A stretch of 64,000 nt of DNA from Octopus sinensis (lineage: Eukaryota). Both the position numbers and the translations under genes were made by a program. The notes beneath the pieces are model-generated. The model saw nothing but the letters and a program-made list of their open reading frames with translations. It was not told the DNA's origin and made no database searches. The DNA lies in the NCBI RefSeq assembly GCF_006345805.1, contig NC_043001.1, positions 18,600,001-18,664,000 on the forward strand. Direction: 5' to 3'. This document shows positions 37,747 to 50,890 of this stretch, piece by piece. The first letter of the stretch is position 1. The number at the start of each line of letters is the position of its first letter.

Positions 37747-37780
<34 letters not shown>

Positions 37781-37980
37781 AGTGTGTATATGTTTGTGTG
37801 TCTGTGTTTGTCCCCCAACATCACTTGACAACCGTAACTTAGCGGTTCGGCAAAAGAGACCGATAGAATAAGTACTAGGCTTACAAAGAATAAATCCTGG
37901 GGTCGATTTGTTCGACTAAAAGGCGGTGCTCCAGCATCGCCACAGTCAAATGATTGAAACAAGTAAAAGAATAAAAGACT
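37587..37980 (+). mobile_element. SINE-B
   Basis: Full structure with small deletions. Confidence 0.85.
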
Positions 37981-38636
37981 AAGGGCTTTCATAATTACCA
38001 GTTAGTTATAGGATTCCAAATGCAACCATTTAATTGTTAAGCCTTAAGATTTTAGCTTCGGCTGAGACTCACCAGATATTGAAATAAATAAGGTTACTCT
38101 TACCCTTGTGTGTTAAATGTATTTCATTCAATAAAATCGCTTGATAAACCAGTCTTTAAAATCCATGTTTGAATGGAATCTCAGGAAGTCATTAACATTT
38201 ATATCAACTTGTTGGGAACGTTGCAACTAATCAAAGACACACGGTAATATGAATTCAATTTAAGACAGCGATCTGACAGAATCGTTAGCACGCCGAGCAG
38301 TATTTCGTCCGTCTTTACGTTCTGAGTCCAGATCTCGCAGAGGTCGACATTGCTTTTAACCTCTTCGGGGTCAATAAAATAAGTACCAATTGAGCACTGG
38401 GGCCCATATCATCGACTTACTCTCTCCCTTGAACTTGTTGGCTTTGTACCAAAATTTCAGACAATCATGAATTCAATTTAATTTATCTTGCATAAAAAAA
38501 AAAACACCAGCACATTCTTAACAATATCTCCAAAACTGAAAGCAAACACTTATATACTTCTTAAAATGTGAAGGAAGATATGTGTGTATGTGTGTGCGTG
38601 TATGTATGTATGTATGTATGTATGTATGTATGTATG

Positions 38637-38691
<55 letters not shown>

Positions 38692-38789
38692 ATTAATAAT
38701 ATCAGGGTAATAAAGATTTTAGAAATTTTTACTACCAGTGGCCTAGCGTATAGTAAAATTAGTCAATAGACTATATATTATTCGTATAA

Positions 38790-39041
38790 AATACAGTGTA
38801 CATTTAAACACATTAAGCGGTTTCCATCATAGGAATCCCTTAAGCTAGAAAGAACAGCTAAAGTCAAAACCACTAATTAGGGATAAATTCTCGAAGGGAA
38901 TGAAAAAAACAAACAGATGGTAAATGTTTTTATTTTTCATTCGCTTCGAGAATTTATCCCTAATTAGTGGTTTGGACTTTAGCTGTTCTTTCTAGCGTAA
39001 GGGATGGAAATCTCTTAATGTATTTAAATATACACTGTATT
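38790..39041. repeat. Foldback with ~110-bp arms inside a TA-flanked element; related sequence at 45130-45340
   Basis: 38790-38907 pairs with 38933-39041, and the right arm lacks a short internal segment. A second short IR (taccaattaaggact / agtccttaattggta) lies at about 39160 and 39280. Confidence 0.85.
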
Positions 39042-39297
39042 ATATATATGTATACACACATATATATATATAAAATTAATTAAGGGTAGAAATCAATATT
39101 TATCAATTAAAACCAGTGGTCTAACATTTTAAAAAAATCCGAAGATTAAATATTTATATATACCAATTAAGGACTTTGGTATTAAGGTGTTGAGTTTGAT
39201 CTGAGAACATAATCTTTTCTGGAGAATGGCGATTTGACGTCTATATCTAGCATGTTGACTGTCCACTTTTTCGTGTTCAGTCCTTAATTGGTATATA

Positions 39298-39360
<63 letters not shown>

Positions 39361-40325
39361 TGTATGTATGTATGTATGTATGTATGTTGTATGTATGTAT
39401 ATTCGCCATGTTGGACTACTGAACTCTACACGCTTTTTCCCCTTCTCTCTTGTTTATTTCTTCTTATTTCTTTCTGTTGCTCGAAACATAAAAGATTTTT
39501 CCATTTTTCCCGAGCGTCAAACTAATACATTTGCTTGTTGTTCCCACACCCGTCTTCATCTTGTGTATATAACACACACACACAAAAACACACACATGTC
39601 ACACACATAATCACATACATTTAATTCTGTTATATGCAATAGAAATAGTATGAGATTGAAATAGCCATCTGCCTAACGTAATCAAAATAGAATTTTGAAA
39701 GCAAATTTTCTGCGATATTCGTTCAGAGATAATATCTTATATGGCAGAACCGTGTTTAAAAACAACGGACGAATACCGCAGAAAACTTGCTTTACGGCGA
39801 TGTATTTATTAGGTTGTTAGATATTCGTTCATTTTATTCCATTTACTTTAATCTTTATTTTTCACCCACATTTTAAACATATCAGCAATCTCTTTCGTTC
39901 TAAACGATTTCTTGTCAATGTTCCACTTTCGTGAATGCCTTGTCGAGCCAAGAAAAATACACATGCTCGTTAAATTATCTGTCCTCGTTCTAACCGAATA
40001 AGTAGGAAGATAATACTGTTTTTCCTGATCATTTTTTTTTTGTTTGTTAGCTTTTTATTTCCCCAAGTATTAAATATATTATTTCTACTAACCGGAGGCC
40101 ATTTACTGACGATGCACGTATTGGGAGTTAAAATTGTCATTCAGATGGCGACCAGAGCCTAATATACATTCATTTAGAACCTAACCTACGCGCAAATTAT
40201 TTTCCTGTAAGCCACAAAATACCGGACATTCACGTCCGTTACAGATGTAAATATGCGGCTAATGAGGGACCAATTAACCTTTCATGCTGGTAAATATGGT
40301 TGACGTATCAGAAAAACAGGCGTCC

Positions 40326-40418
<93 letters not shown>

Positions 40419-41016
40419 CATCCATCTATCTATCTATCTATCTGCACGAATATATACAGATATATATGTATATATAAAACACGTTATTACATATATATAT
40501 ATATAACGGCGAGTGTGTGTGTAATAGTGTATCTGTGGATATATATGTGTGTGTGTGTGTGTATGTGATATATATATGTGATATATATATATGTGTGTAT
40601 GATATATTATATATGTATATATATGTGTATATATATATGCATATATATATGTGTGAATATATGTTTCTCTCTCTATTTATATATTACATAGTGAGTGTGT
40701 GTGTGTGTGTGTGTGTGTGTTTGTGGTGTGCAAGAAGGTTCGTGTTGCGTGCATGGCACACACGAATCAGTAAGAGTGCAAAGAGGCAACATTGCTGTCT
40801 AATAATGGACTAGTTGTTCAGGAGTTCTTTCTTTAAATAGATGATTCCATCCATCGTGTCTTTAGAGATACAGTTCATTCTACATCTCTATTTCGGTTAT
40901 ATATCGGCGGCCAAATACCACAATATCCAAGAAAGGTCAACAGATCCAATTAGCTACTGCTGACAAAAGGTCCAGTAAATTATTTGCTTTTATTTAGCCC
41001 CATTTTGTAGCAATAT

Positions 41017-41470
41017 GTGGAGGCGCAATGGCCCAGTAGTTAGGGCAGCGGACTCGCGGTCGGAGGATCGCGGTTTCGTATGTAGAAATATGTGGAGGCG
41101 CAATGGCCCAGTGGTTAGGGCAGCGGACTCGTGGTCGGAGGATCGTGGTTTCGTATGTAGAAATATGTGGAGGCACAATGGCCCAGTGGTTAGGGCAGCG
41201 GACTCGCGGTCGGAGGATCGCGGATTCGATTCTGAGACTGGGCGTTATGTGTGTTTATTGAGCTAAAACACCTAAAAGCTCCACGTAGCTCCGACAGGGG
41301 GTGGTGGCGACCCCTGTTGTATTCTTTCACCGCAACTTTCTCTCACTCTCTCTTCCTGTTTCTTGAGTAACGCTGCTATGGACTGGCGTCCCGTCCAGCT
41401 GGGGTGAACACATACGCCACAGAAACCGGGAAACCGGGCCCTTGAGCCTGGCTAGGTTTGAAAAGGGCGA
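41017..41470 (+). mobile_element. SINE-C, tail type i, with triplicated head
   Basis: Heads at 41017, 41092 and 41167 (75-bp period); cgtatgtagaaatat is repeated at 41471-41485. Confidence 0.9.
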
Positions 41471-41539
41471 CGTATGTAGAAATATAACTATTTGTCCTTC
41501 ATACATACCGAAGTAAACTGAATCAGAGATATACTGATC

Positions 41540-41866
41540 TTTCTAATTCTCGACCCCCTACACCCAAACCATAATCGTGCCTGAACTGGTTGTCCCCACA
41601 TACCCACCGAAGGCACCTCTATCACCATCGAAGATGAAGACCACATAATACAAAGAATCTGAGAAATCTCCACGGAATGGATGTAGATGTACTCATGAAG
41701 CATTAAGGGACTCTGCTATCTGCGATTCCAGGCGAACCAACGTCACAGCTAGAAACGCAGTCCCTTAAAGCCCCTTATTCACCAAAACGCACGACTGCTG
41801 AAGCAGTACGAATTGCATTGGTGGTGCTCCAGTATGAGCATATCCTTCCATTAAAAGAATAAAAGA
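41540..41866 (+). mobile_element. Decayed 3' fragment of the same CR1/L2-group LINE
   Basis: KNLRNLHGMDVDVLMKH*GTLLSAIPGEPTSQLETQ is homologous to the 44.6-kb copy. Tail ggtggtgctccagtatg..taaaagaataaaaga. Confidence 0.6.
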
Positions 41867-42200
41867 AAAAAAAAAGAAAAAAAACATGCAAGCATGTCAA
41901 TCACCGGACGAGTACAGCCTACTAAAATGCTAATTGGACGAAATTTTGGATAGGTTGGCATAATCTTGTGCATCTTAAATATGTATAAATAATAAATGTA
42001 TGTCAAATTGCATATTTTTGTACCACAAAATATATATATATAAATATATATCTAATGAAGGATATATATATATATAAATATATATCTAATGAAGGATAAA
42101 ATTTTCTTCGAAAAAAAAATTCTTTTCCCCCAAAAATTTTATCAATGGCCAGCATATCAAAAAATACCTTTAAAGATTAAATCTACTTCTTTTGCCACAT

Positions 42201-42255
42201 GTATCACTGACGAAGGGAGGGCTGTTATAAGCTAACCCTGAAATCGGTCCGATAT
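42201..42255 (+). ncRNA. Minimal type-I hammerhead ribozyme motif with intact core
   Basis: Stem I gtatc(a) / CTGACGA (42207-42213) / stem II AGGG..CCCT / GAAA (42240-42243) / TCG / GTC cleavage triplet (C42249) / (c)gatat. One A.C mismatch closes stem I. Activity untested. Confidence 0.65.
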
Positions 42256-42406
42256 GGTTATAATGGAATGTTTGAGAAATTTCTGTCGACCTTTTTACGA
42301 GTAGCGTGCATATTGTGAAAAAATTATATGGTTAATGGACAATATGTCCAATTTTTCGGCATATCTGGCATTAGAAATTTTTTCGTTTGCCCTTATTTAT
42401 GAATAT

Positions 42407-42484
<78 letters not shown>

Positions 42485-42954
42485 TATATAAATAATATAT
42501 AAATATATGGCATACTATATTACATAATATATGTACATACCTACATCAATGTATCTTACATGCATATATGGGTACAGGACATAAAAAAGAACGCTGAACA
42601 CAATGAGAAGCGAAAACATAAAAACAAAATCATGGAAACAAACTTTTTTTCAAACAACAAAAAAACAGAGTACAAGACAAACAACACAAGGAATATTCCC
42701 CTTTTTCAGTTGTCCCTGTTTCGTCTACTCCGCGTTTTCGAAGGTAACGACAAGACGCGACTTCGTTGAAACAGTACTTCCCGAAAAGCAAATTAAATAA
42801 AATTTGGGATATTTTGCGGAGGGGTAAAAGTGGTAACAAGAACAGGACAGTGAGAACAAAACAAGACAGAAAAAAACAATATAAGTAAAAATAGTAAAAG
42901 ACAGAACAAAGAGAATAACACAGTAAAAACAAAAAATGAGGATTGTTAAGCCAA

Positions 42955-43018
<64 letters not shown>

Positions 43019-43019
<1 letters not shown>

Positions 43020-43316
43020 GAGACTCCCTTCGGTCACTCCGGGGCACAAGTCCGGGCAAGGTTGTTTATGGAAGGCCAGCAGTCGCCCATGCATACCGGC
43101 CTCCCCTCTCCACGCCACCAGTGTTATTCAAGGGAAAGGCAATGGCAGATACATCTTGGCACCTGTGACGTCGCAACTCATTTCTACAGCTGAGCGAACT
43201 GGAGCAAAGTGAAATAAAGTGTCTTGCTCAAGAACCCAACATGCAGCCCGGACTGAGAATCGAACACACAATCTCATGGTCGTAAGCTCGACGCTCTAAC
43301 CACTGAGCCATGTGCC

Positions 43317-43321
<5 letters not shown>
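43019..43321 (-). mobile_element. SINE-D (tRNA head plus CORE-like domain); decayed relatives at about 10245-10400 and 32215-32340
   Basis: Head ggcacatggctcagtggttagagcgtcg..gttcgattctc, then ttcttgagcaagacactttatttcac. Confidence 0.8.
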
Positions 43322-43354
<33 letters not shown>

Positions 43355-43517
43355 TATATATATATATGTATGTGTGTGTGTGGGGTGTGCGTGCGTGCGT
43401 GTATATGTGTGTATGTATATATGTATGAATATATATATTATATATACATACATATACATACATACCCATACGTATATATAAGTATGTATGTATGTGTCTT
43501 TTGAGAGTGAGGGAGAG

Positions 43518-43548
<31 letters not shown>

Positions 43549-44470
43549 AGAGAGAGAGAGAGGGAGAAAAAGAACGATTTCTCCATATGCTGTTGCTCGA
43601 CAAATTCTCAAAAACAAAAAAATTATAAAATTGATGTAGGAGAGGTTTGACATTAAAGTTTTCTATATTCAAATGAAATATGCGAAATATGTTCCTGCTG
43701 CTGCCAAAGAGCGATGCCATTGTTAGGTACCGTTTGGAGAATATGGCAACATAAATCATCTGTCAAGAGCTGAGCAAATACTTGATCGTCCAATCAAATC
43801 TGGTTCTCCGTTCGTAATGTATTTGCCCGATACGGTTGGCTTGATGCTAATCAACATCACCAACTAATCAACTATATTACAACGATATAAAAAACTGAAA
43901 TTCCACGTAATTATCTCTCGATTGAATAGAAAAGCAGTAAAAAAGGAACTCCATGGGGAGAAAAAATAATTTGAATAAAATACATTAATTTGATTGTCGC
44001 TTGCAATTCAACTCAATAGCAATTTGACCGTGCTATCTTATAACAAATTATCAAACGCTATCTGGTTGTCTGTCTGTTTCTCCATATATATATATATAGT
44101 GAGAGTGAAAGAGAGAGAGAGAGTGAGAGTGAGAGAGAGAGAGAGAGAGAGGATAGAGTAGAGAGAGAGAGAGAGAGAGGATGAGAGAGAGACGAGGAGA
44201 GAGAGGGAGAGAGAGAGGAGAGAGAGAGAGTGTGTGTTTTAGGTGTGGTGTACAGAAATTGAATATTGAGAAAAAAAACTCGTCAGAATTTTGGAAAAAA
44301 TCTTTTTGCGAAATATTATTAGCGCTTTCGTTCGTTTCTCGAACTTGTCAAATATATATATATATATATTAATATATATATTCACAGCGCCCTCGCGTCG
44401 ATTCGATTCGATTCGTTCGCTTCGTTCCGTTCTTATTCTCCCAGTACTGTTTTATATATATATATATTGT

Positions 44471-45100
44471 CTTTTATCTTTTACTGGTTTCAGCCCAGGG
44501 CTGAGGTCATGCTGGTGCACCACCTGTAGTTACTCGGTGTTGTTTCCGATATTGTTTTTGGTAAAGTGGTGAGTTGGACGGAGCTGCTCTTCTTTGCGTC
44601 TCTTGCCGCGATGTGGGTCCATCTGGTATCTCAGATAGAAACCTGTCCAGACGTTCCTTGAAAACTTCCACAATCAACACCATGTAGATCTCTAAGGTTG
44701 CCCGGAAGGATGTTGAACAACTGTGGGGTCTTAAAACTCAGACTATTGCAGTACTGTGTCCTTATTTTAGATGGGGTAGACGGTATTTTTGGTATGATGC
44801 AGTGCCGGCCAGTTAGAGGATTGGTATAGCTGTCAATTCAAAAACTGGGAGCTAGACCCTCCAAGATCTTCCAAATATATATCTCCGGGGAATAGAGACT
44901 CAACTCCTTTAGCCTCTCCCAGTAACCCATCTTTGCATCGAGTCAATCTTCTTTGTGTATTGGCACCGGATTGCTTCGAGTTCCACAGTTTGTTTCACAC
45001 TCTCTGGGGACCATAGTTGGGGGCAGTAGTCCAAGCGGCTGAGAACGAAAGTCTTCCATAGGAGTAACAAGGCTTCCTTTTTCCTGCGTTCTTATCCCAT
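44471..45100 (-). mobile_element. 3' fragment of a CR1/L2-group LINE
   Basis: Frameshifted ORF2 C-terminus: LWKTFVLSRLDYCPQLWSP..YWERLKELSLYS..LFNILPGNLRDL..FKERLDRFLSEIPDGP..RAAPSNS. Followed by a 3' tail with stem-loop and (TAAAAGA) repeats. Confidence 0.8.
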
Positions 45101-46218
45101 TTTGTATTATATATATATATATATACCCATTCAATTCGAAATTTTACCCCTAATAGTGGTTTGGAACTCAACTGTCCTCTCTAGCGTGCAGGTAGTCCTA
45201 TGATGGATACCTCTTTTGCGTTTAAATGTACATTGTATTTATATGAATAATATATAGTCTATTGACTAAATTTTTTTACACACTAGGCCACAGATAATGG
45301 AAATTTCTAATATTTCAGATTACTCTTTGATATTATTAAATATATATATATATATATATAGGGATATAGGGAGAGAGAGAGAGAGAGAGAGGGAGAAGAG
45401 AGAGAGAGAGAGAGGGAAAGAGAAAGAGAGAGTCAAACAGATGAAACCCAAAGATGCTCGATATAGAAAACAGCAGCGCTCAAATGATTGTGTGTGTGCG
45501 CGCGCGCGCGTGTGTGTGTGATTGTATACCTTTTAGCCACATGGTGGAGGAAGTAATCACGATCTTTGAAGGTACTCTGAGAACGGTGTCAGAATGGGAA
45601 AAAGTAATCAAACCGAAGACTTGCAACAAAATGAATTCCGCTAAAAACGTCCGTACTGCAAAGTGTTGAAGTTAAATAAAAGGCAACGGGTTTAGTCTTC
45701 TACCCCAAAGGGTGATCGCAAAAGGTGAACGCAGAGTGCGTAAAGCCGAAAAACACAGTGCAAGACATCTAGTCTGATGTTCAAAAAGTAGCACCAATGG
45801 ACCTCTCTTGATTGAAGCTTTTTTTTTTGATTGACCACGTAAGAACGAAAGACAATGCTGACTTGTATGGGATTTGAATTCAGAGCGCTGAAATTTGGAA
45901 TAAATATCGCCAGACATTCGATCCGGCGCTCTAAAGACTCCGTCAAATATCGCGCACACGCACGCACACATATACATGTATATGTATAAATATGTGTATA
46001 TGTATACATACATACATACATATATACATACATATACATACATGTATAATATATATGGCCACAGCTCGTGAGCTGAAACTAGATAAAATAAATAGAAATA
46101 TATATGTGTCAACCCATTTTGAATTATACGGATAATACCATACTAAATTCTGGTGCCTTTAACTTAAGTACCATATTTAACTGAATCTATCTATCTATAT
46201 ATTTATCTATCTATCTAT

Positions 46219-46826
46219 GGAAGAGCTATTTTCATCATCCTTGTGGCTATGGCGAAAGAATGTATCTGGTGGACGCGTCTGAAAGGATTGGAGACAAACA
46301 CTTTCCTCTCTGGTCAATCACTCATCAACTTCTTCAAGTACCACTTGAAAAGGAAAGTGAGAGTAGAGAGGCAAGTTTTGTCTAGCGAATGTTTTAAAAA
46401 AAGATGGGTGAATGTAGCAAGAATGGCACGTATGATTGACGAAGCCACCTTGAGCATAATCCTATGAACCAGAATTGTGAAACAGAGAGTTGCTTATTTG
46501 CAAAAAAAAAAAAAAAAAAAAGAAATATAAAATGTGACTTCATTGACCGAGGTTACCGTGGTCTTTTCCGTAGGCTTTTCTTCCACGGGTAAACCTCATC
46601 TGTCCTCCCTTTACACTTCATATTGACATTTCTGTGATAACGATCCCTACTGATCATTTTTTTTCCTCTCCCCCTTTTTTTAACCCCCCCCTTTTTGTCC
46701 TCTTCTCTCCTTTTACGATCCCTTTTGATCGAAACTCCCCCCCCTTTTTTTTTTAAACCTTCAAAGAAAAGCTCTACCTTGTAATGTTCTATCTGTGTGC
46801 AGCCCTGTGTGGCTAATAAAGAAAAC
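46219..46826 (+). mobile_element. Short 3'-terminal copy of the same Tx1/L1-clade LINE
   Basis: Near-identical to 48542-49200. ORF end ..FKKRWVNVARMARMIDEATLSIIL*, 3' UTR, aataaagaaaac then (ATCT)n. Confidence 0.9.
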
Positions 46827-46827
46827 A

Positions 46828-46867
<40 letters not shown>

Positions 46868-46897
46868 ATCTATCTATCTATCTATATATTTATCTAC

Positions 46898-46945
<48 letters not shown>

Positions 46946-46983
46946 ATATTTATCTATCATCTATATATTTAGATCTATCTATA

Positions 46984-47014
<31 letters not shown>

Positions 47015-47082
47015 TATCTATCTATTTATCTAATATATCTATCTATATACTATATATATCTATCATCTATCTATCTATCTAT
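46827..47082. repeat. (TATC)n tract between the two Tx1-like copies
   Basis: Read directly from the sequence. Confidence 0.95.
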
Positions 47083-49200
47083 AGGGTAGTTAACGACCTG
47101 GCATGGGTGGGGCCCTGATCAACTTGGATCAATCGAAAGCCTTTGATAGGGTAGACCATCGATACTTGGAGGCAGTCCTGAGAGCGGCTGGTTTCGGTCC
47201 GTCTTCCGCGGGCTGGATAGCTGCCTTGTACCGAGGCATCCGTTCGGTAATTCGCGTAAATGGAATCTATCGAGACCTTTCCACTTGCACGTTCGGTCCG
47301 TCAGGGATGCCCCCTCTCGGCGCTTCTATACGTATTGACTCTTGAGCCACTACTGCGGAAGTGGCGACTCTAAGGGGCATCCGGCGAGAATTGGGATGCG
47401 GGACGAGCGTGTCTGCATACGCGGACGGACGTCACCGTCATAGTGTCTAGCCACGAGCACATCGAGCGGTCGGCGAGACACTGAAAAAATACGAGCGGTG
47501 ACAGGAGCGAAAATCGACCGGGAAAAGTCAGTGGGTTTGCGACTAGGCACCTGGAGAAGCAAGCCCATGCGTCCACCAGCGCCTCCGTCGTGGGACGCTG
47601 GACCGACGGCCGGTTGAGTTGCTCGGGGTCTGGTTTGGTCCGGACCTCCAAGTGGAGAAGAACTGGAACGAGATAACGAGTAGGGTGGTCACTCTCGCCC
47701 GGCAATGGCCGAGAGGAAAACTGTCCCTAAAAGGTCGAGCGGAGGTGGCGAACACGTACATCGCGTCCGTCATCTACTACCGCCTGACCGTCGACCTTGT
47801 CCCGACCCTACCATCACCAAACTACAACGCATCCTCTTTCGCTTCTTGTGGAAAGGATGCGTCCCGATGGTCAGGCGATCCATTGCTGTCAACACCCGTT
47901 AAAAGGAGGGCTGGGCATGCCGGTGTTTGATGATGCGCAGACACGCGCTGAGACGCGAATCTCTGGCTCTATGTAGACGACGGTGAACAGGTGTGGTCGC
48001 CGTTTGTGAGGCACGCTTTCCCGCAGCTCGTCTCCATGACCGAACTGCATCAAAGGTGGAATCAAAAAGAGGCCGAGGAAGGGCGAATGGCACCGCGAGT
48101 GTCGCGTTGCTCTCAAGCAACTCGCGTCCTGGTCGACCTTAAGTGACTTCACACAACCAAAGCATTCTATGGGGTTTAGTGGAGGGGAGGTACGACGACG
48201 AGCTCGGGGCGAACCTGGACGTCGACGAGGAGTACCTGACCCGCTGTTCAGGACGACTTTCGGACCAGGGCCCATGGACAACTTCCAGAGATCCCTGGCC
48301 TGGCAGTGCTACGAGAAGCGCTACCCGTTCGGGATAAGCTCTACAGACACGGCTCGAGAAACACGGGGACCTGCCCGAGATGCGGTCAGAGCGACGAAAC
48401 CGTTCTGCACGCACTCGTTCAGTGTCCAACAATTTCCGACTGTGGACTTATGTTCGAACAACTGCTGTCACGTGTGGGACGAGTCGGTATCAGCTGAGTC
48501 TATCGTCAATATTGTCACACCTCCTTCCTTTCAAACGGGAAGGAAGAGCTATTTTCATCATCCTTGTGGCTATGGCGAAGAATGTATTGGTGGACGCGTC
48601 TGAAAGGATTGGAGACAAACACTTTCCTCTCTGGTCAATCTCTCATCAACTTCTTCAAGTACCACTTGAAAAGGAAAGTGAGAGTAGAGAGGCAAGTTTT
48701 GTCTAGCGAATGTTTTTAAAAAAAGATGGGTGAATGTAGCAAGAATGGCACGTATGAATGACGAAGCACCTTGAGCATAATCCTATGAACCCAGAAATCG
48801 AAAACAGAGAGTTGCTTATTTGCAAAAAAAAAAAAAAAAAAAGAAATATAAAATGTGACTTCATGACCGAGGTTACCGTGGTCTTTTCCGTAGGCTTTCT
48901 TTCCACGGGTAAACCTCACCTGTCCTCCCCTTTACACTTCATATTGACATTTCTGTGATAACGATCCCTATTGATCAATTTTATTTTTATTTTATTTTTT
49001 TTTTATTTATTATTTTTTTCTTTCCCTCTCCCCCTTTTTTTTTTAACCCCCCTTTTTTGTCCTCTTTCTCTCCTTTTACGATCCTTTTGATCGAAACTCC
49101 CCCTCCTTTTTTTTTTTTTTTTTTTTAAACCTTCAAAAGAAAAGCTCTACCTTGTAATTTGTCCTATCTGTGTGCAGCCCTGTGTGGCTATAAAGAAAAC
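47083..49200 (+). mobile_element. 5'-truncated Tx1/L1-clade LINE (RT, CCHC zinc knuckle, 3' UTR), frameshifted
   Basis: GALINLDQSKAFDRVDHRYL, SVRQGCPLS, AYAD.., LGVWFG, SLKGRAEVANTYIASVIYYRL, CPRCGQSDETVLHALVQC. Ends ..taaagaaaac followed by (ATCT)n. Confidence 0.9.
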
Positions 49201-49235
49201 ATATCTATCTATCTATATATCTTTATCTATCTATA

Positions 49236-49270
<35 letters not shown>

Positions 49271-49306
49271 ATATTATATCTATCTATTATTATCTATCTA
49301 TCTATA

Positions 49307-49361
<55 letters not shown>

Positions 49362-49397
49362 CTATCTATATATTTATCTATCTATCTATCTATATAT

Positions 49398-49429
<32 letters not shown>

Positions 49430-49508
49430 ATATTTATCTATCTATCTATCTATATATTTATCTATCTATCTATATATTTATCTATCTATCTATCTATTTA
49501 TCTATCTG

Positions 49509-49581
<73 letters not shown>

Positions 49582-49582
49582 A
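49201..49582. repeat. (TATC)n tract 3' of the long Tx1-like copy
   Basis: Read directly from the sequence. Confidence 0.95.
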
Positions 49583-50114
49583 TACATGTATATACATTTG
49601 CATACGTGTATCTATGCACCTATGCATGAGTTTCTGATTGTACCATCTCATTTATATTAATGCATCATCGATTTCCTTTCATCATCTGTCAATTTAGCCA
49701 GTTTTAAATGTAAATTTATAAATATAAAATGGCGATAATTCTTTGTATTTATCACACCCCACGTACGTGTTATTATATGATCGTATATATGCATGTTTGT
49801 TTTTAATATTATTTTTTCTTCAAAGTTTTTTAATATTATTTTTTCTTCAAACATGAAAATGTGTACTTTTAGACATAAAGAATTTGTAACCATTATTGGA
49901 AAAGTAATATTACAATAAAAATGTCTTCTTCGATATTATAATTATTTTCGTATTAAGATGAATGCGATATTAAAAAAATAATAAGAAAATATACAAGAGG
50001 TCCCAAATGAAGAATTTATATGCGAAAAACAAATAAAAGGTGATGGAATTGGAAAAGTGAATCAGTCTTCAAACCACAAAGAAGTTACTTTCAGTTTGGT
50101 ACACAAAATATATT

Positions 50115-50505
50115 CTTTTCGACTCTAGGCACAAGGCCCGAACATTTTGTGCAGGGTACCAGTCGAATTACATTGACCCCAGTGCGCAACTGGCACTTAA
50201 TTTATCGACCACGAAAGGATGAGAGGCAAAGTCGACCTGGCGGAATTTGAACTCAGAACGTAAAAGCAGACGAAATACCTATTTCTTTACTACCCACAAG
50301 GGGTTAAACACAGAGGGGACAAACAAGGACAGACAAACGGAATAAGTCGATTACATCGATCCCAGTGTGTAACTGGTACTTAATTTATCGACCCCGAAAG
50401 GATGAAAGGCAAGGTCGACCTCGGCGGAATTTGAACTCAGAACATAAAAACAGACGAAATGACGCTAAGCATTTCGCCCGGCGTCCTAACGTTTCTGCCA
50501 GTTCG
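50115..50505 (-). mobile_element. SINE-A dimer
   Basis: Young unit plus old-tail unit; junction at about 50280. Confidence 0.8.
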
Positions 50506-50771
50506 CTGCGTTGATTTTACAAATTATTAAGCCCATATATAGTAGCATGATGAGGCAAGCTGGTAGAATGGTTTGCGAGTCAGACAAAATGCTTAGAGGC
50601 CTTTCTTCGGGCTCTTTACGTTCTGATGTCAACGACTTGTCTTGTTCCCTCAAAATTACTGGCCTTGCACTCAGCAACGGACCAGCGTCCCGTTCAGGGG
50701 CAAAGTTGTTATCTCGCTCAGTTATAAACTATGGAAACAAGGTAACCGGCCTCAGTCTAACGGTTCTCTCC

Positions 50772-50809
<38 letters not shown>

Positions 50810-50812
50810 GTC

Positions 50813-50890
<78 letters not shown>

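Noticed and set aside
43580-43653. Signal-peptide-like MSNLSYINFIIFLFLRICRATAYG
   Set aside because: It runs into a (CT)n tract with no splice donor.
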